The notes under the pieces were generated by a model. It was given only the letters and a program-made list of their open reading frames with translations, made no database searches and was not told where the DNA came from. Made by a program: the position numbers and the translations under genes. Shown here piece after piece: positions 30,313 to 40,007 of a stretch of DNA of 64,000 nucleotides (positions within the stretch are counted from its first letter, which is position 1; each line of letters opens with the position of its first letter). Source of the stretch: an uncultured Actinomycetota bacterium (GTDB lineage Bacteria > Actinomycetota > Actinomycetes > JAHEKZ01); contig CAVURN010000003.1 of assembly GCA_963743915.1 (NCBI GenBank), positions 448,001 to 512,000 of the forward strand, read 5' to 3'.

Positions 30313-31403
30313 GTGACGAGCTCGCGCAGCCGGTCGTGCGGAAGGGCAGGAGAGCGGAACCCGTTGCGCCCCGTCATCGTCTCGGCGGCCACGAGGGCGT
30401 TGACCACGGCCTCCTCGACGGCGTGCACGGTGGCGGCGTAGAGACGGTCGATGTACCCCCAGGGCACCATCGACACCTGCTGCAGCCGACCCTCAGCCGG
30501 ACGGCTCCGACCGCCGACGTTCGTCGCCCCGGGGTTGCCGGTGGAGAACGCCAGGAAGATGTCGCCGCTGAAGTGCGAGCCGGTCGTTCCGGTGCGGGCC
30601 AGTCCCAGCGGCACGCGCCGGGCGAGCGCCTCACACTGCTGCGGCAGCAGCGGCGCGTCGGTCGCCACCACCACGATCACGGAGCCGCCACCGGGGGGCC
30701 TGGTCTCGGCTGCCGCGAACGGATTGTCCTCCGGGATCGCCTTGCCCACCGGCACGCCCCGGATCGTCAGCTCCTCGCGGTCGCCGAAGTTCGCCTGCAG
30801 CAGCACGCCGACGGTGTAGGCGGTGTCCCCGTAGCCGACCGAGCGAGATGCTGTCCCCGTCCCGCCCTTGAAGCAGTAGCAGTTCATTCCTGTACCGCCG
30901 CCCACGTTGCCCTCGGCGACCGGGCCGCCTCGGGCGGCGTCCAGGGCAGCGACGGCGTGCTCTGTGGTGACGTGATGGCCGTTGATGTCGTTGAGGTCAC
31001 CGTCGTACGTCTCCCCGACGCAGGGCAGCATCCACTCGGCCGCCACATCCGGAGCGTTGACGATCGTCCAGTCGATGACCCCGCGGTGCACGGGGCCGAC
31101 GGCGTGCGAGTTGGTGATCCCGACGGGCAGGTGCAGCAGCCCGGTCTCGGCGATCCAGTGCGAGCCTGTCAGCTCGCCGTTGCCGTTCATCGAGTGGATG
31201 CCGGCGTGGCAGGCATCGCCGACACCGTCGCGGCCGCGCGGAAGGATGGCGGTGACGCCGGTGCGCACCGCGTGCGGGCCCTCGCCCTGGACGAGCGTGG
31301 TGTACCCGACCTGCACTCCGGACACGTCGGTGATCGCGTTGAGCGGGCCGGGTGTGCCGTCGAAGTCGATGCCGAGGTCGCGAGCCCGTGGAGTCGTCGT
31401 CAT
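30300..31403 (-). CDS. P1/S58 family aminopeptidase (DmpA-like)
   Basis: NAITDVSGVQVG, NGNGELTG, EGNVGGGTGM, GSVIVVVATDAPL. Confidence 0.93.
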   Translation of the reverse strand: MTTTPRARDLGIDFDGTPGPLNAITDVSGVQVGYTTLVQGEGPHAVRTGVTAILPRGRDGVGDACHAGIHSMNGNGELTGSHWIAETGLLHLPVGITNSHAVGPVHRGVIDWTIVNAPDVAAEWMLPCVGETYDGDLNDINGHHVTTEHAVAALDAARGGPVAEGNVGGGTGMNCYCFKGGTGTASRSVGYGDTAYTVGVLLQANFGDREELTIRGVPVGKAIPEDNPFAAAETRPPGGGSVIVVVATDAPLLPQQCEALARRVPLGLARTGTTGSHFSGDIFLAFSTGNPGATNVGGRSRPAEGRLQQVSMVPWGYIDRLYAATVHAVEEAVVNALVAAETMTGRNGFRSPALPHDRLRELVTQPR

Positions 31404-31429
31404 GGGGTGATCGTGTCAGGGTGAGGACC

Positions 31430-32203
31430 ATGAGCACTGCACTGGTCACGGGTCCGACCTCCGGCCTCGGGGCCGGCTTCGCCCGACGCCTGGCGTCTGA
31501 CGGCCACGACCTGGTGCTCGTGGCCCGCGACGCCGAGCGGCTGGAGCGGCTCGCGTCCGAGCTGCGCGGGCACGGGGTGGAGGTCGAGGTGCTGGTGGCC
31601 GACCTCGGTGAACGGGGCGACCTGCGCAACGTCGAGCGGCGGCTGCAGGATGCAGCGCGTCCCGTGGACGTGCTCGTCAACAACGCCGGGTTCAGCGTCA
31701 ACCAGCGATTCGCGAGCGGGGATGTCGAGCGCGAGCAGGCGATGATCGACGTGATGGTGACCGCGGTCATGCGGCTCACCCGGTCCGCCGTCGGCGGCAT
31801 GACGCAGCGCGGCAGCGGCGTGGTGATCAACGTGTCGAGCGTCGCCGGGTTCCTGCCCTTCAGCACCTACAGCGCGGCGAAGTCATGGGTGACCACGTTC
31901 ACGCAGGGTCTGGCGACAGAGCTGGACGGCACCGGCGTGCGCGTGATCGCCGTCTGTCCGGGTTTCGTCAGGACCGAGTTCCACGAGCGCGCCGGCATCG
32001 AGGTGAACCGCTCCTCCGACACGTGGTGGCTCGAGGTCGATGATGTCGTCGACCGCGCGATGGAGGACCTGCGGCGCGGCAAGGTGATCTCGGTGACGGG
32101 ACGCGCCTACCGCGCGATGGTGGCGGGCACCCATCTGGTGCCGCGGGACGCGCTGCGGCGGATGGAGCGGCTGCGCCGCTCCCGCATCGCGGACCGCCTC
32201 TGA
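31430..32203 (+). CDS. SDR family oxidoreductase
   Basis: TGPTSGLG, NNAG, YSAAK. Confidence 0.93.
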   Translation: MSTALVTGPTSGLGAGFARRLASDGHDLVLVARDAERLERLASELRGHGVEVEVLVADLGERGDLRNVERRLQDAARPVDVLVNNAGFSVNQRFASGDVEREQAMIDVMVTAVMRLTRSAVGGMTQRGSGVVINVSSVAGFLPFSTYSAAKSWVTTFTQGLATELDGTGVRVIAVCPGFVRTEFHERAGIEVNRSSDTWWLEVDDVVDRAMEDLRRGKVISVTGRAYRAMVAGTHLVPRDALRRMERLRRSRIADRL

Positions 32204-32205
32204 CC

Positions 32206-32913
32206 TCAGAGCTCGGCGATGAGCGCTGTGATCTCCTTGGCGAGCTCGGTCGGATGCGTCATCGCCCAGAAGTGGTGCGCGTCCACCCGTCGGACGGACC
32301 ACCCACGAAGTTCGGCTGCGTGGGCGGCACCGTCGTACGGCGACGACAGCCTCAGGTAGCCACAGGGGGCGTCGGGCCAGTCCTCCGGGATGGGGAGCGG
32401 CTCGGTGAAGAAGTCCAGGCCACGGGGTCGGAGCCCGGCGAGCAGCAGCGCGCGGTCGCCCGGATCGGCGACCATCTCGGCGAGGTCGAGGTCGGTCCAC
32501 TCAGGGAACCGGCCACCGTCGGAGAGGTGCTGGGCGAGCTGTGCGGTGAACACCGGATCGTCGAGCTCGAGCAGGTCCATGCGCGTGGCGGCGCGCATGG
32601 TCCGGGGCAGCATCGCGTCCAGGAACACGTAGCCGGTCACCGGCGTCCCGGACGACTGTCGGGCGAACGCGATCTGTGGCAGCAGGGGACCGGCGCCGCT
32701 GTGACCCACGAGCAGGAGCGGCTCTCCGGGGGCGTCGAGCTGAAGCTGCTGGCTGGCACGGGCGATGAAGTGGGACGCGTAGGGCGGTTCGTCGTCGTCG
32801 ACCACTTCGGGGACTGCCACCGTGTGGCCGAGCCCGCGCAGGACGTCGGGCAGGACCCCCCAGGCCGCAGCCGACGTCAGGGGCGAGTGGATGAGGGCGA
32901 GCGTCGTGGCCAT
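32206..32913 (-). CDS. Alpha/beta hydrolase
   Basis: LIHSPL, GHSGAG nucleophile elbow, YVFLDA. Confidence 0.85.
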   Translation of the reverse strand: MATTLALIHSPLTSAAAWGVLPDVLRGLGHTVAVPEVVDDDEPPYASHFIARASQQLQLDAPGEPLLLVGHSGAGPLLPQIAFARQSSGTPVTGYVFLDAMLPRTMRAATRMDLLELDDPVFTAQLAQHLSDGGRFPEWTDLDLAEMVADPGDRALLLAGLRPRGLDFFTEPLPIPEDWPDAPCGYLRLSSPYDGAAHAAELRGWSVRRVDAHHFWAMTHPTELAKEITALIAEL

Positions 32914-32925
32914 GCCCGCCATTCT

Positions 32926-32983
32926 CTACGCCAGACCGCCACAGTCACGTCGTAGGACGGGGCATCGTGGCGCCCTGGCGTAG
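32926..32983. repeat. 58-bp palindromic intergenic element, copy 1
   Basis: CTACGCCAGACCGCCACAGTCACGTCGTAGGACGGGGCATCGTGGCGCCCTGGCGTAG. Confidence 0.9.
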
Positions 32984-32995
32984 GAGCTGCGGTCG

Positions 32996-34014
32996 TCAGC
33001 TGACGTCACGCCGTGTGAAGGACCACGCGGCGGGCAGGCTGAGCAGTGCGGTGTAGACCATCAGGGTCACGAACGACCGGAGGTTGGTCAGGTCGACGCT
33101 CGTCGGCTCCTGGTAGGGGCCCTTCACCGCGCCCGGAACCTCCAGGCCTCCGGGGAACAGGAACGCGACGGCGTTGGTGCTGAGCATGAAGGGTTCGCTG
33201 CCGTGGCGCATGAAGGCGAACCTGATGCCGTTCTCGAGGACGACGAAGTACACGAAGGCGACACCCAGGGACGCCCCCGTGTTGCGCACGAGCATGGCTA
33301 TCGCGTAGCCGATGGTCGCCGCTGCGGCGACCAGCACGAGGCCGCGAACACCCATGAGGAGCATGGTCTGAGTCAGGGTGTCGCGCAGCTCGTCGACCGG
33401 CGCGAACTGCTGGTCCCACGTGCCGCGCAGGTTGGCGGTGACGACGCCGAATCCGACCGCGATCGCCATGGCAAGGGTGGCCAGCAGAGCGGTCGAGAGC
33501 ATGAGGCCCAGCCACTTGATGGTCAGCAGACGCAACCGCCGGGGCTCGAAGAGCAGCTGCAGGGTCATCGACCGCGACGACCACTCGGCGCCGCCGCTGC
33601 TCGCACCGATGAGGAAGGCGACACCCGCGGAGGCGATGGCCGCCCCGATCAGAGCAACGGGCAGCGCCTCGTACGCCTTGTAGCGGTCGTCCTGTCCCCA
33701 ATCGAACCGCCCCAGCGGCTGGGTTGCGGGTTCGCGCCCACAGAACTGCTCCACGTTGTCCGGGTCAGCCGCTCCGTCGGCGCACTCGAGCCAGTAGCGC
33801 TGTTGCTCCGCCCGGTTCGCCTCGAGCCGCTCCGGGGTGCTGCCGACCTGCTTGCTGTGCGAAAGAAGACGAAGGTGCTGATCACCGCGATGCCGCCGAG
33901 CAGGATCAGTGCCATGACCCGGGCGAAGCGACGGTGGGTCAGCCGGGAGATCTCCGAGCGGAGCAGCGGGAGGGCGTGGTGGGTGGGGCGACGCTCGAGG
34001 ACAGGGATGCTCAT
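32996..34014 (-). CDS. ABC-2 type transporter permease (frameshifted, about 33720-33860)
   Basis: LLRSEISRL N-terminus; AEWSSRSMTLQLLFEPRR; C-terminal FTRRDVS. Confidence 0.8.
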
Positions 34015-34933
34015 GACTCCTCCGTCTCGTCGGCCGTGATCGCCAGGAACGCCTGTTCCAGGTCGACCTGCTGCGGCATCAGCCACGAGGGGTACAGCTG
34101 TGCCTCGGCGAGCGCTCGGGCCACGACCGCACCGTCCTCGACCCGGTCCACCAGGATGCGGCCGTCCTGGAGGTGAGCCGAGAAGCCGGCCGCGGCGAGC
34201 ACCTCGAGCGCGCGCGGGGCGTCCGTGATCCCGACGGCGAGCGCGCCGGTCGACTGTGACTGCAGCACCTCGTCGACGGGTCCCGCCGTGACGACCCGCC
34301 CGTGGTTGATGATCGTGACGGTGTCGCAGATCTGCTGCACCTCCCCGAGCAGGTGGGAGGAGAGCAGCACCGTCACCCCGGAGTCGCCGAGAGTTCGGAG
34401 CAGCTGCCGCACCTCACGCATGCCGGCTGGGTCGAGGCCGTTGCTCGGTTCGTCGAGGATCAGCACCGAAGGCTGCTTGAGCAGCGCCGCGGCGATGCCG
34501 AGCCGCTGTCGCATGCCGAGGGAGTAGCCCTTCACACGTTCGTCGGCAGCGTCGGTGAGCTGCACGACGTCGAGGACGGCGTTGACCTGGGTGACGTGGG
34601 GATCTCCGCCGCGGTCGCGAGCAGCTGCAGGTTGAGGCGTCCGGTGAAGGGTGGGAAGAACGCCGGGCTCTCGAGCAGCACACCGATGTCACCGACGACG
34701 TCCGGAAGCGACGACGGGACCGGCTGTCCCAGCACCTGCATGTCGCCCGCGTCGGCGCGCGCGAGCCCGAGCAGGCAGCGCAGCATCGTGGTCTTGCCCG
34801 AGCCGTTGGGCCCGAGGAAGCCGTGCACCCCGCCCTCGGTGACCACCAGGTCGAGCCCGTCGAGTGCGGCCTTGGGGGGCTTGCCTCGTCGACGGTAGGT
34901 CTTGCGCACGTCGGTGGCTTCGATGACTGGCAT
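34011..34933 (-). CDS. ABC transporter ATP-binding protein (frameshift near 34590)
   Basis: GPNGSGKTT Walker A in one frame; YSLGMRQRL and ILDEP in the other. Confidence 0.88.
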
Positions 34934-35102
34934 GGCGGTCTGTCTACACCAGTGATCGGCCCCCAGAGCCCCGTGAAACAGAAGTTCAGGGACGGATCAG
35001 GGACCTTTCGGGGTCTTGCGTTGACGGCTTCGCGGCGGGAACATACCCAGCACGGATATTGTTTTAACATTCAAGTAATTGTGCCGCTCCTCAGGAGAAC
35101 CG

Positions 35103-35876
35103 ATGTCTGCCGCCATGCCCGCCCTGTACCTCTCGCACGGTGCTCCCCCGCTGCTCGAGCACGAGACGTGGGGTCAGCAGCTCGCCGGATGGTCTGCGGC
35201 CCTGCCGCGGCCCTCGGCGATCCTCATCCTGTCCGCGCACTGGGAGGCCGCACCGATCGGGCTGTCCGCGGTCGAGCCCACCGAGCTCGTCTACGACTTC
35301 TACGGGTTCCCCCTCGAGTACTACCGCCTCGAGTACCAGGCACCGGGTGCCCCGGAGCTCGGCGCACGCGTGCAGGCCATGCTCACTGGGCACGAGGTCG
35401 TGCAGTCCACCCGCCGCGGACTCGACCACGGGGCGTACATCCCGTTGATGCGCATGTACCCCGAGGCCGACGTCCCGGTGTTGCAGATGTCGCTCCCGAC
35501 GCAGGACCCGGAGCGTCTGGTCGAGATCGGACGCCGACTTGCGCCGCTTCGCGACGAGGGGGTGCTCATCATCGGCTCCGGGTTCATGACGCACGGTCTG
35601 CCGTACATCTCGATGGCGGACACCGAAGCCGCGCCGCCGGAGTGGTCGGTGGAGTTCGACGCCTGGGCGGACGAGTCGGTGCGCGACGGTGCCCTCGACC
35701 GCCTGCTCGACTTCCGGAGTCAGGCTCCGGCCGTGCGCTACGCGCACCCCACCGTCGACCACTTCACCCCGCTCTTCGTCGCCATCGGCGCCGCGGGTGG
35801 TCTCGACGGTTCGGTCGAGAGCACCATCGACGGCTACTGGTACGGACTGAGCAAGCGCAGCTACACCTTCAACTGA
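35103..35876 (+). CDS. LigB/DODA-type extradiol dioxygenase
   Basis: YLSHGAP, LSAHW, GLDHG, GSGFMTH, HPTVDHF. Confidence 0.9.
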   Translation: MSAAMPALYLSHGAPPLLEHETWGQQLAGWSAALPRPSAILILSAHWEAAPIGLSAVEPTELVYDFYGFPLEYYRLEYQAPGAPELGARVQAMLTGHEVVQSTRRGLDHGAYIPLMRMYPEADVPVLQMSLPTQDPERLVEIGRRLAPLRDEGVLIIGSGFMTHGLPYISMADTEAAPPEWSVEFDAWADESVRDGALDRLLDFRSQAPAVRYAHPTVDHFTPLFVAIGAAGGLDGSVESTIDGYWYGLSKRSYTFN

Positions 35877-35904
35877 GCACACTCGGACTTTGTAGGGTGG
35901 CGGC

Positions 35905-36441
35905 GTGACCGCGCGCGACGAGCTGCTGACCCAGATCAAGGACAAGGCCGTTGTGCACGGCCGCGTCACCCTGTCGTCGGGCCGTGAGGCTGACTACTAC
36001 GTCGACCTGCGCCGTGTGACGCTCGACGGGCAGGCGTCCCCGCTGGTCGGCTCGGTGCTGCTCGACCTCACTGCCGACCTCGACTACGACGCGGTCGGCG
36101 GGCTGACGTTGGGCGCAGACCCGGTCGCCACGGCCATGCTGCACGCGGCCGCCGCCAGGGGACGCCGGCTTGATGCGTTCGTCGTCCGCAAGTCCGAGAA
36201 GCAGCATGGTCTGCAACGCCGGATCGAGGGCCCGGACGTCGCGGGACGCCGCGTGCTCGCCGTCGAGGACACCTCCACCACCGGCGGCTCCGTCATGACG
36301 GCGGTCGACGCGCTGCGCGACGCCGGCGCAGAGGTGGTTGCGTGCGTGGTGATCGTCGACCGCGGCGCACGCGCTGCCGTCGAGGCTGCGGGCCTCCCGT
36401 ACCTGGCTGCCTACGAGATGTCCGACCTCGGGTTGGAGTAA
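35905..36441 (+). CDS. pyrE: Orotate phosphoribosyltransferase
   Basis: TLSSG, YYVDLR, VVRK, VEDTSTTGGS PRPP-binding motif. Confidence 0.96.
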   Translation: MTARDELLTQIKDKAVVHGRVTLSSGREADYYVDLRRVTLDGQASPLVGSVLLDLTADLDYDAVGGLTLGADPVATAMLHAAAARGRRLDAFVVRKSEKQHGLQRRIEGPDVAGRRVLAVEDTSTTGGSVMTAVDALRDAGAEVVACVVIVDRGARAAVEAAGLPYLAAYEMSDLGLE

Positions 36442-36528
36442 CGGGTGTTCGCCCCGCAACGGGCTGCGGGGCTACGATCACGGCGACAGGGGTAGTCGTC
36501 ACCCTTCTCGACGCTGGGAGCGTTCACC

Positions 36529-37086
36529 ATGTGGGTCTGGATCGTGCTCATCGTGCTCGTGGTCCTGGTGGGCCTGTGGGCCGTGGCGCAGTACAACGGC
36601 TTCGTCAAGCTGCGCAACATCGTCGAGGAGTCCTGGAAGCAGATCGACGTCGAGCTGCACCGTCGCTACGACCTGATCCCCAACTTGGTCGAGACGGTCA
36701 AGGGATACGCGGCCCACGAGCGTCAGACCTTCGAGAACGTCACGGCCGCGCGGGCAGCCGCCGTGTCCCCGGGTGCCGGGCCCGCCGAGCAGGCGGTGCA
36801 GGAGAACATGCTGACCGCCGCGCTCCGTCAGCTGCTGGCGGTCGCGGAGGCGTACCCCGACCTGAAGGCGAACACCAACTTCCTCGAGCTGCAGAACCAG
36901 CTGACCCAGACCGAGGACCGCATCGCGGCCGGTCGCCGCTTCTACAACGCCAACGTCCGGAACTTCAACACCAAGGTCCAGACGTTCCCGCCGAACCTCA
37001 TCGCCCGGATGTTCGGCTTCACCGAGAAGGAGTACTTCGAGGCCGAGGACCCGACGGTCCGCGCGGCTCCTGAGGTGCGCTTCTAG
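36529..37086 (+). CDS. lemA: LemA family protein
   Basis: N-terminal TM, RRYDLIPNLVETVKGYAAHE, EAYPDLKAN. Confidence 0.95.
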   Translation: MWVWIVLIVLVVLVGLWAVAQYNGFVKLRNIVEESWKQIDVELHRRYDLIPNLVETVKGYAAHERQTFENVTAARAAAVSPGAGPAEQAVQENMLTAALRQLLAVAEAYPDLKANTNFLELQNQLTQTEDRIAAGRRFYNANVRNFNTKVQTFPPNLIARMFGFTEKEYFEAEDPTVRAAPEVRF

Positions 37087-37095
37087 AGGGACAGG

Positions 37096-37785
37096 TCAGC
37101 CGACGTCAGGTGCGGGGTCGGCGGCGTCCGCCTGACCGGTCCGGCGCTTGTGCCGGAAGAGCTCGAAGAAGATCGGCACGATCGACAGCACCACCACCGC
37201 GATCAGGATCACCTCGATGTTGTTGGCGACGAACTCGACATTGCCGAGGAAGTAGCCGAGCAAGGTGACGCCGGTGGCCCAGATGATTCCGCCGATCGTG
37301 CTGTAGATGACGTAGGTGCGGTAGTCCATGCGCCCGACCCCGGCCATCACCGTGATGAAGGTGCGCACGATGGGAAGGAACCGTGCCAGGACGATGGCGC
37401 GGGGGCCGTAGTGGTCGAAGAAGTGCTGAGTGCGGTCGACATACTCCTGGCGGAAGAGCCGGGAGTCCGGCCGTCGGAAGATGGTGGGCCCGGCCTTGTA
37501 GCCGATCCAGTAGCCGACGATGTTCCCGACGACCGCGGCGATGGTGAACAGCAGGCAGACCAGGGCGATGGGTGTGTCGATGAAGCCGCTGGCCACGAGC
37601 AGCCCGGCGACGAAGAGCAGCGAGTCGCCCGGCAGGAAGAACCCGATGAGCAGTCCGCACTCGGCGAAGATGATGGCGATCACGCCGACGAGCGCCCACG
37701 ATCCGAGCGACTCGATGATCTTCTCGGGGTCGAGCCAGTCCGGGCCGAGCAGCAGGGCGGCCAGCAGACCGGGGAAGTGACTCAC
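37096..37785 (-). CDS. DedA family (VTT) membrane protein
   Basis: FAECGLLIGFFLPGDSLLF, LARFLPIVRTF. Confidence 0.93.
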   Translation of the reverse strand: MSHFPGLLAALLLGPDWLDPEKIIESLGSWALVGVIAIIFAECGLLIGFFLPGDSLLFVAGLLVASGFIDTPIALVCLLFTIAAVVGNIVGYWIGYKAGPTIFRRPDSRLFRQEYVDRTQHFFDHYGPRAIVLARFLPIVRTFITVMAGVGRMDYRTYVIYSTIGGIIWATGVTLLGYFLGNVEFVANNIEVILIAVVVLSIVPIFFELFRHKRRTGQADAADPAPDVG

Positions 37786-37823
37786 AGCGGACAAGGGTAA
37801 CGAGGCGTCTAGGCTCCCGCGGC

Positions 37824-38435
37824 ATGGACGTCGTCGGCGTGGGGCCTCATCCGCATCCGTGGCCGGACGACGCGCGCCTGGATCCTGAGCTGCTCGCGTC
37901 CGGTGACCGACGCAATGTGGTGGACCGCTACCGGTACTGGCGCCGGGAGGCGATCATTGCGGACCTCGACCAGCGGCGACACGGATTCCACGTCGCGATC
38001 GAGAACTGGGAGCACGACTTCAACATCGGCAGCGTGGTGCGAACCGCCAATGCGTTTCTGGCTGCCGAGGTGCACATCGTCGGACGCCGGCGGTGGAACC
38101 GACGCGGTGCGATGGTGACCGACCGCTACCAGCACGTCCGCCACCACGACGACGTCGAGTCGCTGGTCGGCTGGGCGTCCGAGGAAGGGGTGCCGTTGCT
38201 CGGCATCGACAACCTGCCGGGCTCGGTCCCGCTGGAGACCTACCGGCTGCCCGAGCGTTGCGTGCTCGTGTTCGGCCAGGAAGGCCCGGGGCTGTCCGAG
38301 GCCGCGCGTGCGGCGTCCGAGGCGACGTTGTCGATCGCTCAGTACGGGTCGACCCGGTCGATCAACGCGGGAGCGGCCGCGGCCATCGCGATGCACGCCT
38401 GGATCCGCCAGCACGCGGACCCGCCGGCCCCCTGA
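37824..38435 (+). CDS. TrmH/SpoU family RNA methyltransferase
   Basis: NIGSVVRTANAF, FGQEGPGL, GSTRSINA. Confidence 0.93.
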   Translation: MDVVGVGPHPHPWPDDARLDPELLASGDRRNVVDRYRYWRREAIIADLDQRRHGFHVAIENWEHDFNIGSVVRTANAFLAAEVHIVGRRRWNRRGAMVTDRYQHVRHHDDVESLVGWASEEGVPLLGIDNLPGSVPLETYRLPERCVLVFGQEGPGLSEAARAASEATLSIAQYGSTRSINAGAAAAIAMHAWIRQHADPPAP

Positions 38436-38449
38436 CGTCGCACCATTTT

Positions 38450-38507
38450 CTACGCCAGACCGCCATGGTCACGCCGCAGGACGGGTAATCGTGGCGCCCT
38501 GGCGTTG
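38450..38507. repeat. 58-bp palindromic element, copy 2 (left terminal repeat of the nuclease cassette)
   Basis: CTACGCCAGACCGCCATGGTCACGCCGCAGGACGGGTAATCGTGGCGCCCTGGCGTTG. Confidence 0.92.
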
Positions 38508-38511
38508 GGAT

Positions 38512-39447
38512 CTAGGCTGGACGGCGCCGCCTCGCGCGGTCGAAGGCAGCCGCCAGGCGGTTGGCAAGGTTCTGACGGTCGCGCACGAGATCGGTCCAGA
38601 CGATGCGGACCACCTCGAAGCCGAGATCTCGCAGCCGGTCCTCGCGCTTCTTCTCCTCGAAGACCGTCGTGCCCTTCCCGTACTTGACCTCGCCGTCGAA
38701 CTCAGCAATCACACCGAGCTCGACCCACACGAAGTCGACACGTCCGATGAAGCCGCGGTCGTCGAAGAAGTCTTGCTGCTGGCCAGGATCGGGTAGACCG
38801 AGCTCGGCGAAGACGACCCGGCTCAGCGACTCACCAGGACTCTCTGACTTTGCCGTCGAGAAGTGGAGGACTCGTTCCACTCGGCGTCTCTGGCGTCGCG
38901 GCAGCACCGCGAAGGCGTCCCACAGATCCGTCTCGTCGACCAGCCGCTGGGAGAGCGCCGACTCGCACGTCACGACGGCGTCGGGGAAGTCGAGGGTGGC
39001 GGCGCAGTCGACCACGGTGCGGGCGGGTGCGGTCACCGCCAGTGCACCGTCGAAGGTTCGGAATCGAGCAGGCAGCGGCAGCTCGTGCACGCGCAACCCG
39101 CGGTAGTGACGCGGTGGACCCTCAGGGCGGGTGGTGTGGACCACCCCGCCCGGCGAGGTGAGCAACGCGATGCCCTGCAGCGCCGCAGCGCTCGGGTGGC
39201 TGATGAAGGCTCCGGGTTCGAGGGCGAGGATGCCCGCAGCCGCAAGCAGGCAATGGAAGGTGACGGCGTCGGTGCGGGCCGTGGCAACCGTCTCGGCCTC
39301 GGCGTAGACACCGCGTCGGAGGGACCTCCAACGACCGGCCCGAACCTGAGCGCGCACCTCGTCGTCGCTGTAGCCGGCGTCCTGTGCCTGGCGCGCGGTG
39401 AAAACCCCGAGCTGAACGGACGCGGTGGCGTCCAGGTGTGGATTCAT
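38512..39447 (-). CDS. AbiEi-type HTH protein with a C-terminal Vsr/DUF559-like PD-(D/E)XK nuclease domain
   Basis: QLGVFTARQA...WRSLRRGVY (AbiEi N-term); SHPSAAALQG; VTAPARTVVDCA; SESPGES; RVDFVW...IAEFDGEVKY...EKKREDRLRDLGFEVVRIVW. Confidence 0.88.
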   Translation of the reverse strand: MNPHLDATASVQLGVFTARQAQDAGYSDDEVRAQVRAGRWRSLRRGVYAEAETVATARTDAVTFHCLLAAAGILALEPGAFISHPSAAALQGIALLTSPGGVVHTTRPEGPPRHYRGLRVHELPLPARFRTFDGALAVTAPARTVVDCAATLDFPDAVVTCESALSQRLVDETDLWDAFAVLPRRQRRRVERVLHFSTAKSESPGESLSRVVFAELGLPDPGQQQDFFDDRGFIGRVDFVWVELGVIAEFDGEVKYGKGTTVFEEKKREDRLRDLGFEVVRIVWTDLVRDRQNLANRLAAAFDRARRRRPA

Positions 39448-39485
39448 CGGCACAGGGTGGCGCAGTCGTGCGACGCGTGCCGGAC

Positions 39486-39494
39486 TTGTCCACA
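39486..39494. promoter_or_regulatory. DnaA-box match in the promoter of the AbiEi-like gene
   Basis: TTGTCCACA, the actinobacterial TT(G/A)TCCACA consensus, between repeat copy 3 and the start codon. Confidence 0.45.
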
Positions 39495-39505
39495 GCCCCC
39501 GAATT

Positions 39506-39563
39506 CAACGCCAGAGCGCCACGATTACCCGTCCTGCGGCGAGACCATGGCGCCCTGGCGTAG
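39506..39563. repeat. 58-bp palindromic element, copy 3 (right terminal repeat)
   Basis: CAACGCCAGAGCGCCACGATTACCCGTCCTGCGGCGAGACCATGGCGCCCTGGCGTAG. Confidence 0.92.
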
Positions 39564-39569
39564 AAACGG

Positions 39570-39827
39570 TCATGGTGCGGTTCCCCAGCCGGGCCACGAC
39601 CAGGGCTCGAGCTCGGTGAAGTCGAAGGTCTCGGTGGCGGTGAAGACGTAACGCCGTACGGGTGCCGCGGTGTCCTCGGTGAGATAGGGGCTGCTGCCGT
39701 CATCCGGCATGTCGTGCGTCGTGCTGCCGCCGCCAGCACGCTTGATCGTCACCGAGAGGTCCAGGACCGGAAGCTTGAGCTCGGGCTCGTTCACGAATGA
39801 TCGCGCAATGAGCAGGTTCCCCTGCAC
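39570..39827 (-). CDS. Hypothetical protein (85 aa) between repeat copies 3 and 4
   Basis: AGGAG RBS 7 nt before GTG; normal amino-acid composition; no family recognised. Confidence 0.5.
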   Translation of the reverse strand: MQGNLLIARSFVNEPELKLPVLDLSVTIKRAGGGSTTHDMPDDGSSPYLTEDTAAPVRRYVFTATETFDFTELEPWSWPGWGTAP

Positions 39828-39940
39828 GTCGTCGCTCCTGCTTCCCGTGACGGGAGCAGGGCACCCCGCCCCCACGAAGCCAAGAGCCGCGACATCTGCG
39901 CCAGGCGACCCGGAAAAGGTTGCCCCAGCTCCCCCATCTT

Positions 39941-39998
39941 CTACGCCAGAGCGCCACGATTACCTGTCCTGCGGCGCGACCGTGGCGGTCTGGCGTAG
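39941..39998. repeat. 58-bp palindromic element, copy 4
   Basis: CTACGCCAGAGCGCCACGATTACCTGTCCTGCGGCGCGACCGTGGCGGTCTGGCGTAG. Confidence 0.92.
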
Positions 39999-40007
39999 AA
40001 AGGGGGC

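Larger units (their letters stand above)
38450..39563. mobile_element. Putative mobile cassette: inverted 58-bp repeats enclosing an AbiEi/DUF559-like gene
   Basis: Copies 2 and 3 are inverted with 54/58 identity and tightly bracket a single gene; mobility is inferred only. Confidence 0.5.

Noticed and set aside
36529-37086. lemA without an adjacent htpX as a novel arrangement
   Set aside because: Stand-alone lemA genes are common and nothing else supports significance
38512-39447. Functional type IV toxin-antitoxin (AbiE) locus
   Set aside because: No AbiEii nucleotidyltransferase gene is adjacent, and the protein carries an extra nuclease-like domain
38450-39998. Repeat copies 2-4 as a CRISPR array or integron attC array
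   Set aside because: Spacing is 0.4-1 kb, orientations are mixed, and there are no cas genes, integron integrase or RYYYAAC/GTTRRRY core sites
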